DNA of 64,000 nt from Takakia lepidozioides (GCA_030704615.1 CM060733.1:10354001-10418000), one strand, 5' to 3'; positions 1 to 12,946 are shown, numbered from the stretch's first letter. Made by a program: numbers and translations. The notes: generated by a model from the letters alone, not told the origin.

Positions 1-3000
1 CCCGTCTTCAACGATGTGCTATCAGTGGGAGCTGGGAGGTATGTTGAGCATTGCAGGCACTGAAACCATTCTGCAGTAGTCGTAATCCATTTAAATATTG
101 GTGTTTTTGGTGAGGGTCCTTTCTTCCATTCTTCGAAGACATCTGACATTTCCTTAAGTTTGCAGAGGCTGGTAGTTCATAGATGCCTGCTCTAGTGAGC
201 TGTATCTGTTGAAGTTTAGGATGCCAATTTCCTGAGGTAAGAACTGTGCTACTGCTCACAGCTGCGAGTCAGTATGTGCTTTTGCAGAGAGAAAAGAAAG
301 TGGTGGCAAAAGTCTTTGAAAAATGTCTTCACAGGAATATTGATCAGGTCCTTGGTCCACATTACAGGTACGGATTATTGCAGCACAGGCACTTGTGACA
401 GTGGCCATCAGGTCTGGTGAGCCCTATAGGCTTCAAATATATGAGTTTCTGCACACCCTAGCACAGGGACAGGCAAGACAGAAAGTGATTGATGCAGCTG
501 CTAGTAATGGGGAGGACCAAGGTGCTAGTGGGACAGGTCTTAGCTCCATCATTGCACCCATGTTGAAGGTGTTGGATGAGATGTACAAGGGTCAAGATCA
601 GTTGATCAAGTATGTGCTCAACTTCCCTACCTGTCATATTTACTGCCTGCCAGAGAATTTTCATTTACTGACTATGGTGACTTTTCATCAATGTTCTGCA
701 ATGCCTTCTGCCTTTTAGCCGACTATATTATGTGTTTAATAGTATGAGTAGTTCATTGATTACCCTTTCCTTATTTTAGATCACGGCTTGCACACAGCTT
801 GTTGCATGTGAGGCTGGGCTTGGTTCTGAGCTAGGAGTTGAAGGTTGCAGGGATATGAGACAGCATGATAATAGCAAGCAGGAGTGGACTGATGATGACC
901 TGCGGGTGCTGTATGAAACTCACGAGAGACTTCTTGACCTTGTGTCACTCTTTTGTTTTGTACCTCGTTCCAAGTATCTGCCTCTTGGACCAACGAGGTA
1001 ATTACTCAATGGGTCTGGCTTGTTCTGTGCCCTACTAATTTGCAAGGAGGGAGATTCTTTTTGTGGTGTAGAAGCCTATCATTTTCAGAGATGATTTATG
1101 TTTTTAGAAAAGGGGGACTGTCTCTCTTCAACATCGCACAAACCTCCCAACTTGTCATGCTTTGACTTTTCATTTTCTCCTCCACATCAAAACAATGTAA
1201 CCGATTCATGGTTTGTCTTGTCCCTTCAAGGTGGAGAATTTTGGGTTAGTTATTATTGCTGAGCTGATTCTAGTTGTTGTGGTTGAATGTTTGAAGCTCA
1301 CAACGCACTGCCAATATCATCCACCTAAGTTATGACCTCATTTGAAATTTGCTCAGTTTGGTGTTTGTGGAGTAGTTGGGTTCCCATGGTGGGTTGGCAG
1401 TGATGTATGATTGGTCATTGCAGTGCAAAGCTGGTGGGCATGTACTGCAACAAACACCACATTGATGCTGCAACTGGCTTCAATGACCCTGCAGTAGCCA
1501 CTGGCATAGCAGACCTGCTGGACTTCCCAGGTGGACGCATTGAGTATCCTCCTGTTCACATTGAGACTGCAGAGCCCACTCTCGCCTCTGAGAATCTCTG
1601 GGCTGCCAATCAACCTGCCATGGATTTGGTGAGACTGTTGTCTTCTGGACATGGGGATACCACTACGTAAACCAATGTTCATTCTCCACCATTGTGACTT
1701 AGGGTGTGTTTTGCGGTTCCTCTTCAATTATTACAGCTCTGGTGGGTGAGCCAGTGATTTGGTATCGTTGTTTTGAGAGCATTTTTGCATGCTACGAAAT
1801 TAATGGGTAAATAGTTCCAAAAAATGTGTGCAGGTGAACGATTTTCTTGGGGGAGCTGGAACTGATGCTCCAGAAGAGGAGGATGAGCCTGTGACCTCTC
1901 AGGTCCCCGTGAGTTATGATGACATGTGGGCCAAGACCCTCCTTGAAACCTCAGATGGGGATGTAAGTTGCTACACAGCAGAGCATTGTTCTCTTTGCTT
2001 GGAAATATGAAGTTGTGGCTGTTGTCAGCTTTAGATACATGAGTTGCATGTTTGTACAGTTTGAGATCATGAAGCAGATTGTAATGGGCTGGTTGGCAGG
2101 ATGGGGACGGCCAGTCATCAGGAACGTCATCACCAGGATCAACAACATCCTCAAGATTGGGAAGTTCACGCTTTCCATCCTTGTTCGGAGCATCACCTTT
2201 TGCTCATACTTCACGCTTGGTATGTTGTGATGTGTGTCAGTCTATCCACCATGTCATGCGACTTCTTTTCCCCTGGATTTCTTTTGCAAAGTTGACTAAA
2301 TTGTGAGTGCCAGAGCTCTCAAAAAGACCATCTGTGTATGCGATAGACAATCTCTGCTGGTGACTCAGCGCAGTGAGTGTTTGATGTTTGTTTGATTGCA
2401 GGAGGAGGAGCATAAGAGTCACAAGGCCACTTCGACAATTTCTGCAGCTTCAGCATTTCGGGATTCATCTTCCAAAGCTGACTCCCCAAGGGTACGTTCT
2501 TGAGTGTTTTTATAAGCTGTGTTCCTGGTTTGTATGTAGAATTGGAGTGGATTTTTGGACTTGGACACCAGACCTTTTCAGTTGAAGTCTCTGGTTGGAG
2601 GATTGTGCTCTAGGAAACAGAAGTGGATAGCTCTCTAAAAGGGCCTTGCTGCTTTCTCCTCAGCTTCATTGGGTCATGTTTGATGCTTATTTTAGCATTA
2701 CCCCACTGCACTCCTGGAGGGGCCTTTAGATACCTGTAAGCACTTGGTACATCTTAGCCAGATGTCTTCTGTGCAAACCTCAACCTTGGACTCCTGTATT
2801 ATGTAGAATGGGTAGATGAGACACAGCTGACCGAAATCTTCCGAAGTGCACCAAACCTTTTACCGCATGGATGATAATTGTCCACTCAAAATGACAGCAA
2901 TATATCTCAACCATGCAATTGTTCTAGTAAGTGCTTGATATTTGTTTTTCCATGCCGTTTCTGGAATACGGCATATGTCTTCCTTCATGTCTTCTGGAAC

Positions 3001-3953
3001 CAGTAGGGGGCTGCTGCATGGGTAGTAGCTTCAGGCTGCAGGTTGAGCTTGTTATATGTGATCTACACCCATTGTCGGGAGCTGATGAAGTTGGTGGGGA
3101 GTCGTGGCTTCTTGTCACTGTCACACATGATGAGTTGATGGTCGAGACTTGAGGATTTACAAGACAATGTGAAGACTGCCCTCTCTATCTTGAACTAGTT
3201 GAGGTTCTTACTTGGACTGGTACAACATCTGTTAGGGTTACTGTTAATGTCTGTATGGAATTGTGTCTCTGTACTGAGATGATTGTTCTGTAGTGGTGAG
3301 CATGTATTGAACTGACTCATGAGGTTGGTCTTTTATCAGGCATCAGCAAGAAGATTTGCAGCATCAACCAAGTCGGATTCAATGGATAGTCCTGCCAGGG
3401 AACCACCCAGGCAGAGTGTAGATGCTCAAAGTGTAGACGATACTCGACAAGATTCACAATTTGGCAAGGCCCTTTATGACTTCACTGCCGGTGGTGATGA
3501 GGAGGTAAACTCTTGTTTTAAGGCACTATACCAGTCTACCCTCCTCAATCTTAGCAGTCCAATGGGGAATGTGGCTGCTTGTTATGTTGACATGATGTGG
3601 GAAATGTGTGATTTGCAGCTTAACCTCACGGCAGGAGAAGAACTTGAGATTGAGTATGAAGTCGACGGATGGTTTTTTGTAAGTCTTGCACCAACTTGGC
3701 AATCACATTATTTCACGCTTCTGATTGAACCAAACAGCTGGATTAGTAGTTGCAGAGCATGTCAAACGGAGAGATCTCCCTTTCATCTGTCACCAAGGTT
3801 GCGGGGTGTATAGTTGCAGTCAATATGCTTGTCATTGAGCGATGTATCCTACTGATGTGGCACTTTGTGTCGTCAATACAGGTGAGAAAGAAAAGACCAG
3901 GCCGAGATGGAAAGATAACTGGCCTTGTTCCAGTACTCTACGTCACCTTGTAG
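1..3953 (+). CDS. TASH3: TPLATE-complex SH3 subunit TASH3, 3' exons (5' end outside window). Approximate exons: <1-38, 369-609, 851-997, 1424-1628, 1834-1962, 2100-2219, 2402-2491, 3340-3504, 3619-3678, 3882-3953
   Basis: Spliced translation RLQRCAISGSWE|VRIIAAQALVTVAIRSGEPYRLQIYEFLHTLAQG...SNGEDQGASGTGL...LYETHERLLDLVSLFCFVPRSKYLPLGPT; C-terminal SH3 domain (ALYDFTAGGDEE|LNLTAGEELEIEYEVDGWFF|VRKKRPGRDGKITGLVPVLYV*); GT-AG introns. Confidence 0.9.
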
Positions 3954-4714
3954 GTTCAATGTGTAGCTTGGTGTTAAAGATTGTGTTTGCCTCTCCGCTG
4001 TTTGCAACAGCTTCAGGGTTGGACTATAACTGGCAAAACCATCAATGTGTCTTTTAGATCCTAATATGATTGATGTTTGTTGGGATTAGAAAGCAAAATC
4101 TTCAAGCTCAAGCTAATAGGTGGGTTGTTAGCAAGATAGCTATGAGGATGAGCAACGGTGTTTACTTGCAAACCATCTGGTTTGTTGTGGGGCTAGCTTT
4201 GTTGTTTACACACAAGCCATTGTGAGGTAAAAATGCCAGATTTTTTGAATCACTTCCGGAGCAAGCATAAATGATGGTGTCAGTTCACCCTGAAGCGCTA
4301 GTGTCTTCTGTCTAGAAGGTCACAGCTTCAAACCGGGGTAATACAATCGTCCAAACTGCTCCCAATGACTCAGAAAGTTGTTCAGTATCCGCGGTCATCT
4401 GGTAGATCTTCAGTAGTACTCAAATAATGAAGGGCTGTAGGAGGTTGGGTAGCGCATGAGCGAGCAGATAGGTATACTCCATAGATTCTCAAATTATCCT
4501 GTGAACATGCTACAGCGAAAGAAAGGAAAATACACGCCACTCAAGTGCGAAACCACTGCAAAATTTGTGCTCAAGTGAAACTATCCATGTTTTTAAGTTT
4601 TTTTTTCTTAGTCTCTTTTGAAATTATTTCGCAAATCAAACTGGTTGGTAGATTAGGTCAAGAGTTGACGCATTCGAGCTCCATGGCGAATTGGACGGAT
4701 CGAGAGAGCGAGCC

Positions 4715-7393
4715 ATGGCGGTGAGCACGATAAGCATGGCATCCTCCACCGTGGGGTGCCCTCCCAAGTTCCCTGTGCATTTTGGGGACCGCATTGCATT
4801 GACATCTGCTTCAACCAGTTTGGAGCCCAGTGCGGGGCAGGGGGATAAGCAAGGAAGCCAGTATCCAAACATTCAAAATAGAGACGAGGAAAAGCTTTGT
4901 AATGGATGGCTTGCCGACTCCAGTCAATGGTGGGACAATCCAGGTGGAAAGTTCAATCCTAAAGGACCAGATTTGAAGCACAAGAGCACCAACGAGGCGA
5001 TCTGGGTTGAGAGCTACAAGAAATCCGCCTGGGTTGATGGTGAATTGGAGAAGCTGGATGCAGCTAGGACCAAATATTCAAAAATCCAAAATCGATACCT
5101 TTGCAACGATACTCTTGCAGACCCCACTCAATTATGGGACAATCGACGGAATAACATCCATCGGAGAGGACCAGATTTCAAGCACACGAGCCTATGGATT
5201 GACAGCTACAAGAAACATTTGGTAGATGGTCATTTGAAAGGAGCAGCAACACAGTTGTGTGAGTCAGGCGCCCCCACTTTGACGACCTCTTTTGAAAGAT
5301 GTGGGGATATCAGGACACTATGTAAGGCAGGACAACTGAAAGAGGCATTGCAGGTTTTGATCCGAGCAGGCACTTCTGCAGACTCGAAAACGTATGTCTG
5401 TCTCTTGCAGGAGTGTATCAAGTTGAAAGGTCTAGCAGAGGGAAAGCAGGTGCATGCGCACATTATCCAAAGTGAATTCAAGCCTAACATTTTTCTGCAC
5501 AACACCCTTGTCAACATGCATGTCAAGTGCGGGAGCGTTGTGGATGCACGCGCAGTTTTTGACAAAATGCCTGAACGACGTTTGAGTACGTGGAATATAA
5601 TGCTGGCAGGATATGTCAAGCAGGGATATTGTAGGGAGGCCGTCGAGACCTACGAGCAGATGATGCGGGAAGGGGTGACACCCAACCAGATCACCTTCAT
5701 TTGCGTTCTAAAGGCGTCTGCCAACCTGGCAGCTCTGGAAAAGGGGAAAAAGGTCCATGCTGACATCGCCAAAGCTGGAATTGTACCAGATATGATTCTG
5801 AACACTGCCCTCGTGAACATGTATGCCAAATGCGGGAGCATCAAGGATGCAAAGGGAGTTTTCGACAAAATGGCTGAACGAGATGTGATCGCGTGGAGTG
5901 CCATGATCGCAGCATATACCCAGCATGGGTGTAGTATGGAGGCTTTGGAGGCCTATGAGCAAATGATGGGGGAAGGGGTGAAGCCCAACCAGGTAACGTT
6001 CGTTGGCGTTTGTAATGCGTGTACCAGCCTGGCAGCCTTGGAAAAAGGCAAGAAGGTCCATGGTGATATCATGAAAGCTGGAATCCTACCAAATATGATT
6101 CTGGACACCGCCCTTGTGGACATGTATGCCAACTGCGGGAGCATCGACGATGCAAAGGGAGTGTTCGACAAAATGGCTAAACGGGATGTGGTGGCATGGA
6201 CTGCAATGATTGCAGGATATACCCAGCATGGGTGTGGGACTGAGGCTTTGGAGAGCTATGAGCAAATGCTAAGGGAGGGGGTGAAGCCCAACCAGGTCAC
6301 ATTCACTTGTGTTTGCACTGCGTGTGCAAGCCTTGCAGCCCTGGAAAAGGGCCGAGAGGTCCATGTTGACATCTTGACAGCTAAAATTATCCCAGATGTT
6401 GTTCTGGACACAGCCCTCGTGGAAATGTATGCCAAATGTGGGAGCATTGAGGATGCCAAGGGAGTGTTCAACAATATGGCTGAACGAGATGTGGTCTCAT
6501 GGAATGTGATGATTGCAGGATATACCCAGCATGGGTGTGGGATGGAGGCTTTTGAGGCTTATGAGCAAATGATGCAGGAAGGGGTGAAGGCCAACAAGGT
6601 CACCTTTTCTTGTGTTTGCAACTTGTGTGCGAGTCTGCCAGCCCTCGACAAGGGCAAAGAGGTCCATGCTGACCTCATAAAAACTGGAATTGTCACAGAT
6701 GTCGTACTGGACAATACACTCGTGGACATGTATGCCAAATGTGGGAGCATCCAGGATGCAGAGGGAGTGTTCTACAATATGGCTGAACGAGATGTGGTCT
6801 CATGGAATGTGATGATCTCAGGATATGCCCAGCATGGGTGTGGGAGGGAGGCCCTGCAGCTATTTGAAGGAATGCAGAAGGAAGGCTTTAAGCCAGACGA
6901 AATCACCTTTATATGTGTTCTCTCTGCATGTAGCCATGTTGGCCTTGTGGATGAAGGCAGACAGTACTTCGATTCTCTCAGTCAAGACCATGGCCTCACT
7001 CCTACAGTGAAGCATTTTGTCTGCATAGTAGACCTTCTTGGCCGTGCGGGGCGATTGGATGAGGCAGAGGATTTCATAAACAAAATGCTGGTCAATCCTG
7101 ATACTGTAATTTGGAGAACTTTGCTCAGTGCCTGCAGAATTCATGGCAATGTGCAGGTCGCAGAACGTGTGGCAAAATCGATTCTCAAGTCGGATCGACA
7201 GGATGCTGCAACCTATGTGTTGCTATCAATCATCTATGCTGCAGCTGGCAGGTGGGAAGATACTGCAAAGGTAAGAAACATGATGAAGGTCAGAGGAGTT
7301 AAAAGAGAGCCAGGTCACTGCTGCATTGAGGTCAACAACCGGGTGCACACATTCATGGTAGATGACAAATTGCATCCACAAGCAAATCCATGA
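4715..7393 (+). CDS. PLS-class pentatricopeptide repeat protein (organellar RNA-editing factor type) with E/E+ domain; DYW domain disrupted downstream
   Basis: Intronless ORF of ~890 aa from the first ATG at 4715; ~101-aa P-L-S triplets (NTALVDMYAKCGSI.DA..VF..M.ERDVVSWN.MI.GY.QHG); E motif (VDLLGRAGRLDEAE) and PG box (REPGHCCIEVNNRVHTF). Confidence 0.9.
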   Translation: MAVSTISMASSTVGCPPKFPVHFGDRIALTSASTSLEPSAGQGDKQGSQYPNIQNRDEEKLCNGWLADSSQWWDNPGGKFNPKGPDLKHKSTNEAIWVESYKKSAWVDGELEKLDAARTKYSKIQNRYLCNDTLADPTQLWDNRRNNIHRRGPDFKHTSLWIDSYKKHLVDGHLKGAATQLCESGAPTLTTSFERCGDIRTLCKAGQLKEALQVLIRAGTSADSKTYVCLLQECIKLKGLAEGKQVHAHIIQSEFKPNIFLHNTLVNMHVKCGSVVDARAVFDKMPERRLSTWNIMLAGYVKQGYCREAVETYEQMMREGVTPNQITFICVLKASANLAALEKGKKVHADIAKAGIVPDMILNTALVNMYAKCGSIKDAKGVFDKMAERDVIAWSAMIAAYTQHGCSMEALEAYEQMMGEGVKPNQVTFVGVCNACTSLAALEKGKKVHGDIMKAGILPNMILDTALVDMYANCGSIDDAKGVFDKMAKRDVVAWTAMIAGYTQHGCGTEALESYEQMLREGVKPNQVTFTCVCTACASLAALEKGREVHVDILTAKIIPDVVLDTALVEMYAKCGSIEDAKGVFNNMAERDVVSWNVMIAGYTQHGCGMEAFEAYEQMMQEGVKANKVTFSCVCNLCASLPALDKGKEVHADLIKTGIVTDVVLDNTLVDMYAKCGSIQDAEGVFYNMAERDVVSWNVMISGYAQHGCGREALQLFEGMQKEGFKPDEITFICVLSACSHVGLVDEGRQYFDSLSQDHGLTPTVKHFVCIVDLLGRAGRLDEAEDFINKMLVNPDTVIWRTLLSACRIHGNVQVAERVAKSILKSDRQDAATYVLLSIIYAAAGRWEDTAKVRNMMKVRGVKREPGHCCIEVNNRVHTFMVDDKLHPQANP

Positions 7394-7622
7394 TGAGCTG
7401 AGAAGATTGTCTGGGCAGATGAAGGAGGCAGGTTACGTGCCTGACACCCCCTATGTATTTCATGATGTGGAGGAGGAGCAAAAGGAATTTTCTCTTCGTC
7501 ACCACAGGAGAAGCTGGCCATTGCTTTTGGGCTGATCAGCACAGCTCCTGGGATGCCTCTCCGTATTATCAAGAATCTTCGTGTGTGGGGTGACTGCCAC
7601 ACGGCCACCGAGTTGGGTGACA
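7385..7622 (+). pseudogene. Frameshifted, truncated DYW cytidine-deaminase domain of the upstream PPR gene
   Basis: Shifted frames read [40 protein letters not shown] / [34 protein letters not shown]. The HSE motif is broken by an indel, CxxC reads WGDC, and there is no DYW terminus. Confidence 0.85.
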
Positions 7623-7659
7623 CTTCTGAGCCTCCTTACCCATGCATACGGCCATCGAG

Positions 7660-7990
7660 TTGGGTGACAGGAAGCGTCACTACACCAAGACCGTGGTGAC
7701 TCCCACACATTGTGCACCAAAAGTGATCATGTCCGAGCGGGAGTACACTTCTGCAATCGGCATATGGTCGGTGGGATGCATTTTTGGGGAGATCCTCCTT
7801 TATCAAGTATGGGACAAATCACACAACCTTTTTAGGGGCCTACACGAACTAGCCACCCCACATGAAGAGGAGTTGTTTACTGATAAGGATAAGGATAGTG
7901 ATTCAGAGCGGCACCAATAGCTGGAATTCATTTATGATATAATAGGCAGGCCACACACCAAGTGGGAGAGATGTCAATGCTACCATCCAT
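7660..7990 (+). pseudogene. MAPK/CDK-type protein kinase fragment (subdomains VIII-X)
   Basis: [35 protein letters not shown]...LFRG...LEFIYDIIGRP resembles VVTxWYRAPE...YTxAIDIWSVGCIFxE; the motifs are degenerate and an internal stop is present. Confidence 0.7.
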
Positions 7991-10109
7991 TTGCAGCATA
8001 GCGGGCATATTTGAAGAAGGGAAGTCTAGCCAGCCATGCTGTGCAGGAGCTGAGTGGGAAGTGCATCCCTGCAAGTTGAAAGGCAGCATTGAAGGAGGAG
8101 CCTGCCACTCATGAAAGAGATGTGAAGGATCGGTTCGAGCTTCAATCTGTTGATGACAAGCTGAAGAGTGGAATAACTAGTAAGCTGTTAACCTCCTTCA
8201 GAATACAATCTCATCCATCTCTCCAAGAGGGAGGCCTCTGTGCCACACCTGTTTCTATTCCACATAGGCAAAATTAGGCTCATAAAACTCAACTACTGCC
8301 AACGCTTTCTGGCACAAATGATCCAATTGCTGGCCCACCTCAGTTGAAGAATGAAGTCGTGAAAAATTGGCGTCTGTGTAAACAATGCAACCATGAAAAG
8401 GGTCATCTGCGCAGTGCATGCTCATTACCCCTGTTGAATCATTGGCGAACTTTGAAATGAGGATGGATGCTATGCATGGGAAGCAAGTCAAGCCAAAAGA
8501 AGGTGCAGGAGAGGGAGATGAACTGGGACAACGCCCGGAAATTGGTGGAAGAGATGGGTTTGTTCCTGCAGGCTCGGGCAGTCATGCAGCCCTGATTATC
8601 AGTGATCCGCTTTTCCAATCATCAATACCTGCACCAGTAACATGCCAAGCCGGCAATGATGAGCAGCAATGTCATGAAATGGGAAGCAAGGGTGCATGCT
8701 GGCCCTGTGAGCTGAGTAAGGGACACCTGAGAACATCAGCCTGCTGTCGGATCACCATATGTTTCAAGGGAGAACCATCAAGAAATCTGTGGCTGACCCC
8801 TACTAAAGTTGAGCAAGAGGCTCTGATCAGAGAAGCGGAAACTTGGGGAGAGAATCACAACCAGATCAGCCCTGAAAGGTTACTGGTCACACCAAAGGAA
8901 GGGTTGCAACAAGACGTCCTGGATAATGTGGAGGCATCGCCAAAGCCCCTGAACGCCAGCATGCCCTCATCAGCACATTCCGAGCCACATGGGGAAGAAA
9001 CGGCATCATTTGTGATTGTACAGGCCCAAGCCCAGACTCCTGTGTTTGGTCAAAACAAATCCCCGCTCAATGGGAACAACACAGATCCCTCCTCTTCCGC
9101 TTCTCCTGAGTTTGACAAATCGGACGTCAATTGGAAGCATCTCAAGGCATCGACGAAGACCAGGCTGATTTACAGATAGTCGGGGGGATTACCCCCAGCC
9201 TCCTCGGTCTCTTTCAGAGCTCTCCAAGAACTTTTATGATAGGCCAACCATCCAGGCCTAGTAATATTCAGGGCCCTCTTTCCATGGCCGCAGTGACAAG
9301 CAATTCGGGACATGCAGCGGAGAGGGCGTAGACGCATGTGCATAACAACCCTAGGATTCCCTCTCTCTTGTCAGCTGCAATTTGTGGCGGCATTGTGCTA
9401 CACAAGCAGAGAGAAATGGTGGTGCGCTCAGTGGTACAAGCATTGAGGCCCACAGGTTTTGAAGCTTGGAGGGCGTGACAATGAAGAAGCGCATGACAAT
9501 GAAGAAGCGCAGTTTGAGAGGGGAATGATGGCAACCCCATAATGTTTTTTTTAATAAATTTTCATGTTAATATAGGGTGCCCAATATTTGTTACCTGCTA
9601 TAAAATATAAATAATATAGCTTGCAAGAAAATATGCCATATTACAACATTATGTAATAATAGGGTGGCCAAAAATTCAGAAAATAAAATTAATACCCCCA
9701 TAGAAAATGCCTGTTTGCCTCACGTGCCTGAGAAACTAGATAGGGAGTGACCTCCCCGAGGATGTATCTTATCATTTATAGCCTCGGGCCTTCTTGTGAG
9801 TCCAAGTTCATACCAATCCAACTTGTGATTATACATGTTGTTGTGTTGTAGATCCATATAGCTACAACTTACTTACTCTCCACCAACATTTTGACATGAT
9901 GAGCACAATGTTTATGAGGGAGAAGTTTGTGACATTCACACCGAGGGTAAGAATGTACGAGCGTATAAGCGAGCAGTCGGCTGCATTAAGCAACAACAAC
10001 TACAACACCAATGACAACAAAGAGATTTGGCGGAAAACCTTCGATCTATTTGTCCAATGATTGAATATCAAATTTTTTGAAATACATTTTTAACTTGTTT
10101 TCCATATAT

Positions 10110-10960
10110 TAGGCGCCTTTGAAGCTGATGTCTACATGGGGGGTTCGATCTCTGGAGTTAAATGTGCTTGGCGGATTGAGCACTTGGTAGGAGATGCTAA
10201 TATGCAAGGTTTCACTTACATCTATGGTCTGCTCAACTCATGCTCTTAGATCAAATATCCATTCTGCAGCTATTGAGATTCCATGATGCTCACTGGAATG
10301 GTTTTCCTCCCTGTGCAGTGATGCTTGGATGCTCGGTCGCCAGCACCCAGTTGTACTGGTAGGCCACAGCTTCGGCGGCCTTGTGCTGCAAAGTTTGGTG
10401 GTAGAGGCTTTCAGAAATACTACGACCTCTATCTATGGCAGGAGAGCTATGCAATATGCCAAAGCATTTATGAATCTGCGAGGTGTGGTGTTCTTTGTAG
10501 TGCCCTATGGTGCAACTGAAGTATCTAATTATCTCAAGCTTTCCCTGAAAATGTTATCCTGCTCCAAGGCAGGAAGCGTCCGAGATGTGCATTCTCTCAC
10601 CCACCTATGGGAATCGTTGCTCATAGATTTCCACGACGCAGTCGACACATCCATCCATATGTATTCTTTTGCGGAAGGCAAATCCCTTGTCATACCAACG
10701 ATGTTTGTCGCCATTACTTTGATGTTCCACCTACGTTACCGAACTTTGAACTTTGAGCTTTGAACTTGCAATGGTGGCTTGATCTGTTCGTAGGGGTTGG
10801 TCATGGATCTTGCATCGCCAATGAGGTTGTCTCAAAACAACAATGTGTACAAATTTGAAGATAGTCATAATTTGATCACCTTATAATTTGCCAACCAACA
10901 AGCAAAGACCATGTAACGTATCAGAAAGTATTGGAGTTCGTGCAAATATGTACGGCGTAG
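10110..10960 (+). pseudogene. SERAC1-like alpha/beta-hydrolase domain fragment (type found at the N-terminus of bryophyte hydrolase-NLR proteins)
   Basis: PVVLVGHSFGGLVL (GxSxG nucleophile elbow), LRGVVFF..PYG, YSFAEG, and a frameshifted ICQPTSKDHVTYQKVLEFV. Confidence 0.7.
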
Positions 10961-11049
10961 GTAGGATCATTGTCGCGTTATGCTTAAGTTCATTCTTGAT
11001 CAGTATTCCTGATTAAATACTCTACTGAAATTTGATCATGTATTGCAGA

Positions 11050-12946
11050 ATAGGTTTAACGAGTTTGAAAGTGAATTTGAAACTAAATCTGCATCTTTGC
11101 AACTGCAAAAGTTTGTGAATGTTTGGAAATTATCCCAGAAGACACAAGGCAAGGATCAGAGAGAGTTATATGTAAATTAGCTCCTTCACAGCGTTTTGTT
11201 GAGTTTTATTTTAAGAATGAGAACAACATGTGCAAGATTGTGGGCGTGGACCATGATCATTCCAAGGTCAGATTGACCAGATACCGGGAGACGCAAGTGA
11301 TTGTGTGTGATCCAACTTCAGTTAGTGAGTATCAGTGGGAAATTATATTGGCAGCAAAAGATGACGATATGTATGAAGATTTGGCTATCAAATTCTCAGA
11401 GATTGAGACTGAGGATGAGAAGTTGGAGTTGGAATATGAGGTAGGGAGTACTGAAGCCGGTGAACTACAGAGGGAACAGACCCATGGAGATGTTGTTGTA
11501 GAGGAGGAAAAATTGGGGTATGAGGTCGAGAGTATTTAAAACAAGTGGACTACACCCGACAAACAAATCGAAGGAGCTATCGAATGTGGTGTCAAGGAAC
11601 AAAAGTTGGATTCTAAGGTCCAAATAGCGACACCCGAAGCAATAGGTGTGCGTACCCAAAAAGATAATGGAACTGTTGTCCCTGTCAAATTTTCGGAGAA
11701 GGAAGATTCGGAATGTAATGTCCGAGAAATCACAATTGGTGTGCAAATCGGACAGATCCAAAGACCACTTTTATGGCATGTATTTCACTATTTTATATCC
11801 AAGAAAAGCCAAAAATGTGTTGAGGGTGCAAAACACGTTATTGCAAATCTTGCTGAGAGTGGATATTTTGATATTGCACTTGAAGCATTGTCAGAAAGTT
11901 TGACAAACTCAACACTTTCTACTTATACAACAACACACAAAAGTGAAAGTGTTGGGCTCAAAGGTGATAGCCAGGGAACCGTTACTAACTCGTTGAGTTC
12001 AACAAGTCCAAGCCGTCAAGCAAAAGAACCATTAACACAGCCGGAGGGGAGGAATGATTATGTTTTAGAGATGAAAGCTGTAACAGTGGAATTGATATAT
12101 GGAGATGATGTTACAAACATCTTCTATATTCGTAATGTGAATTTCTATCAATCCCAAGGTTCGAGAAAAAATGTTGCAATACCTCAAAGTTGGAGAGAGT
12201 TTGTCTCAATCTCTCCGAGGATAACATTTCTCTTTGACAAGAGTGCCCAACAAATGAAGATCAACAGCAACGTTGGTTTTAACATAGTTGGAGGAGCTTG
12301 GAGCCAAATGATACGTTTGGATGGGTACACGACAAAATTCATCTTTTCATGGAGTGTATGGACAAGGTTGCAATATTGGATGATCATGGTCTATTGGATG
12401 AGAGTGGAAAGCCTCTTAAGAAGGTGAAATATATTGTCACAACATCCAAACGACCAACATCAAAGCACAAGAACAACTGGAAGTAAGATTAGAAACTATT
12501 GTTGGTGTGAATTGTGGTGTTGTTGTCACCGGCACAATGCTAGCCAATGTATCTCTAGATGAGCAAAATACCAATGGACAACAAAGAGTTATGTAAGTTT
12601 TAAAACCTATGGTGAGTGGTTTTAACCTCCAAGCATCTCCTGATCTCAACAAATGACGGTTAGCTTACAAATTTTCTAACCCGAATCACATCTGCAAAGA
12701 TGCAGATTTGTGGAGTTACTCCTCCGATTTCAAAGGCTTTTTCAAAATTCCCTAGTCCCGTTACTATTATTGCGGAGGGCGGGCACTTGGACACCAACTG
12801 AAGAGAAAATTGATGCACTTTATGGGTTGTACGCCCATAGAGAGTTTCGAAATTTGCACAGAAATGATAAAGATGAAGTTTATACTAAAAGTTTTGAGAA
12901 ATTGTGGTGTGTAAATCAAGCTATGACGCATTTACATAACATATAG
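11050..12946 (+). pseudogene. Degraded coding region of unknown function, possibly the continuation of the hydrolase gene
   Basis: Consecutive + strand ORFs of 138, 273, 62 and 78 aa, apparently joined by frameshifts or short introns; no recognisable motif and no P-loop. Confidence 0.35.

Noticed and set aside
5230-7144. Antisense ORFs over the PPR gene (and + strand ORFs over 19192-21728)
   Set aside because: Shadow frames of the repetitive PPR coding sequence
8418-9179. 253-aa ORF
   Set aside because: No recognisable motif; lies in a mosaic of fragments; cannot be supported as a gene
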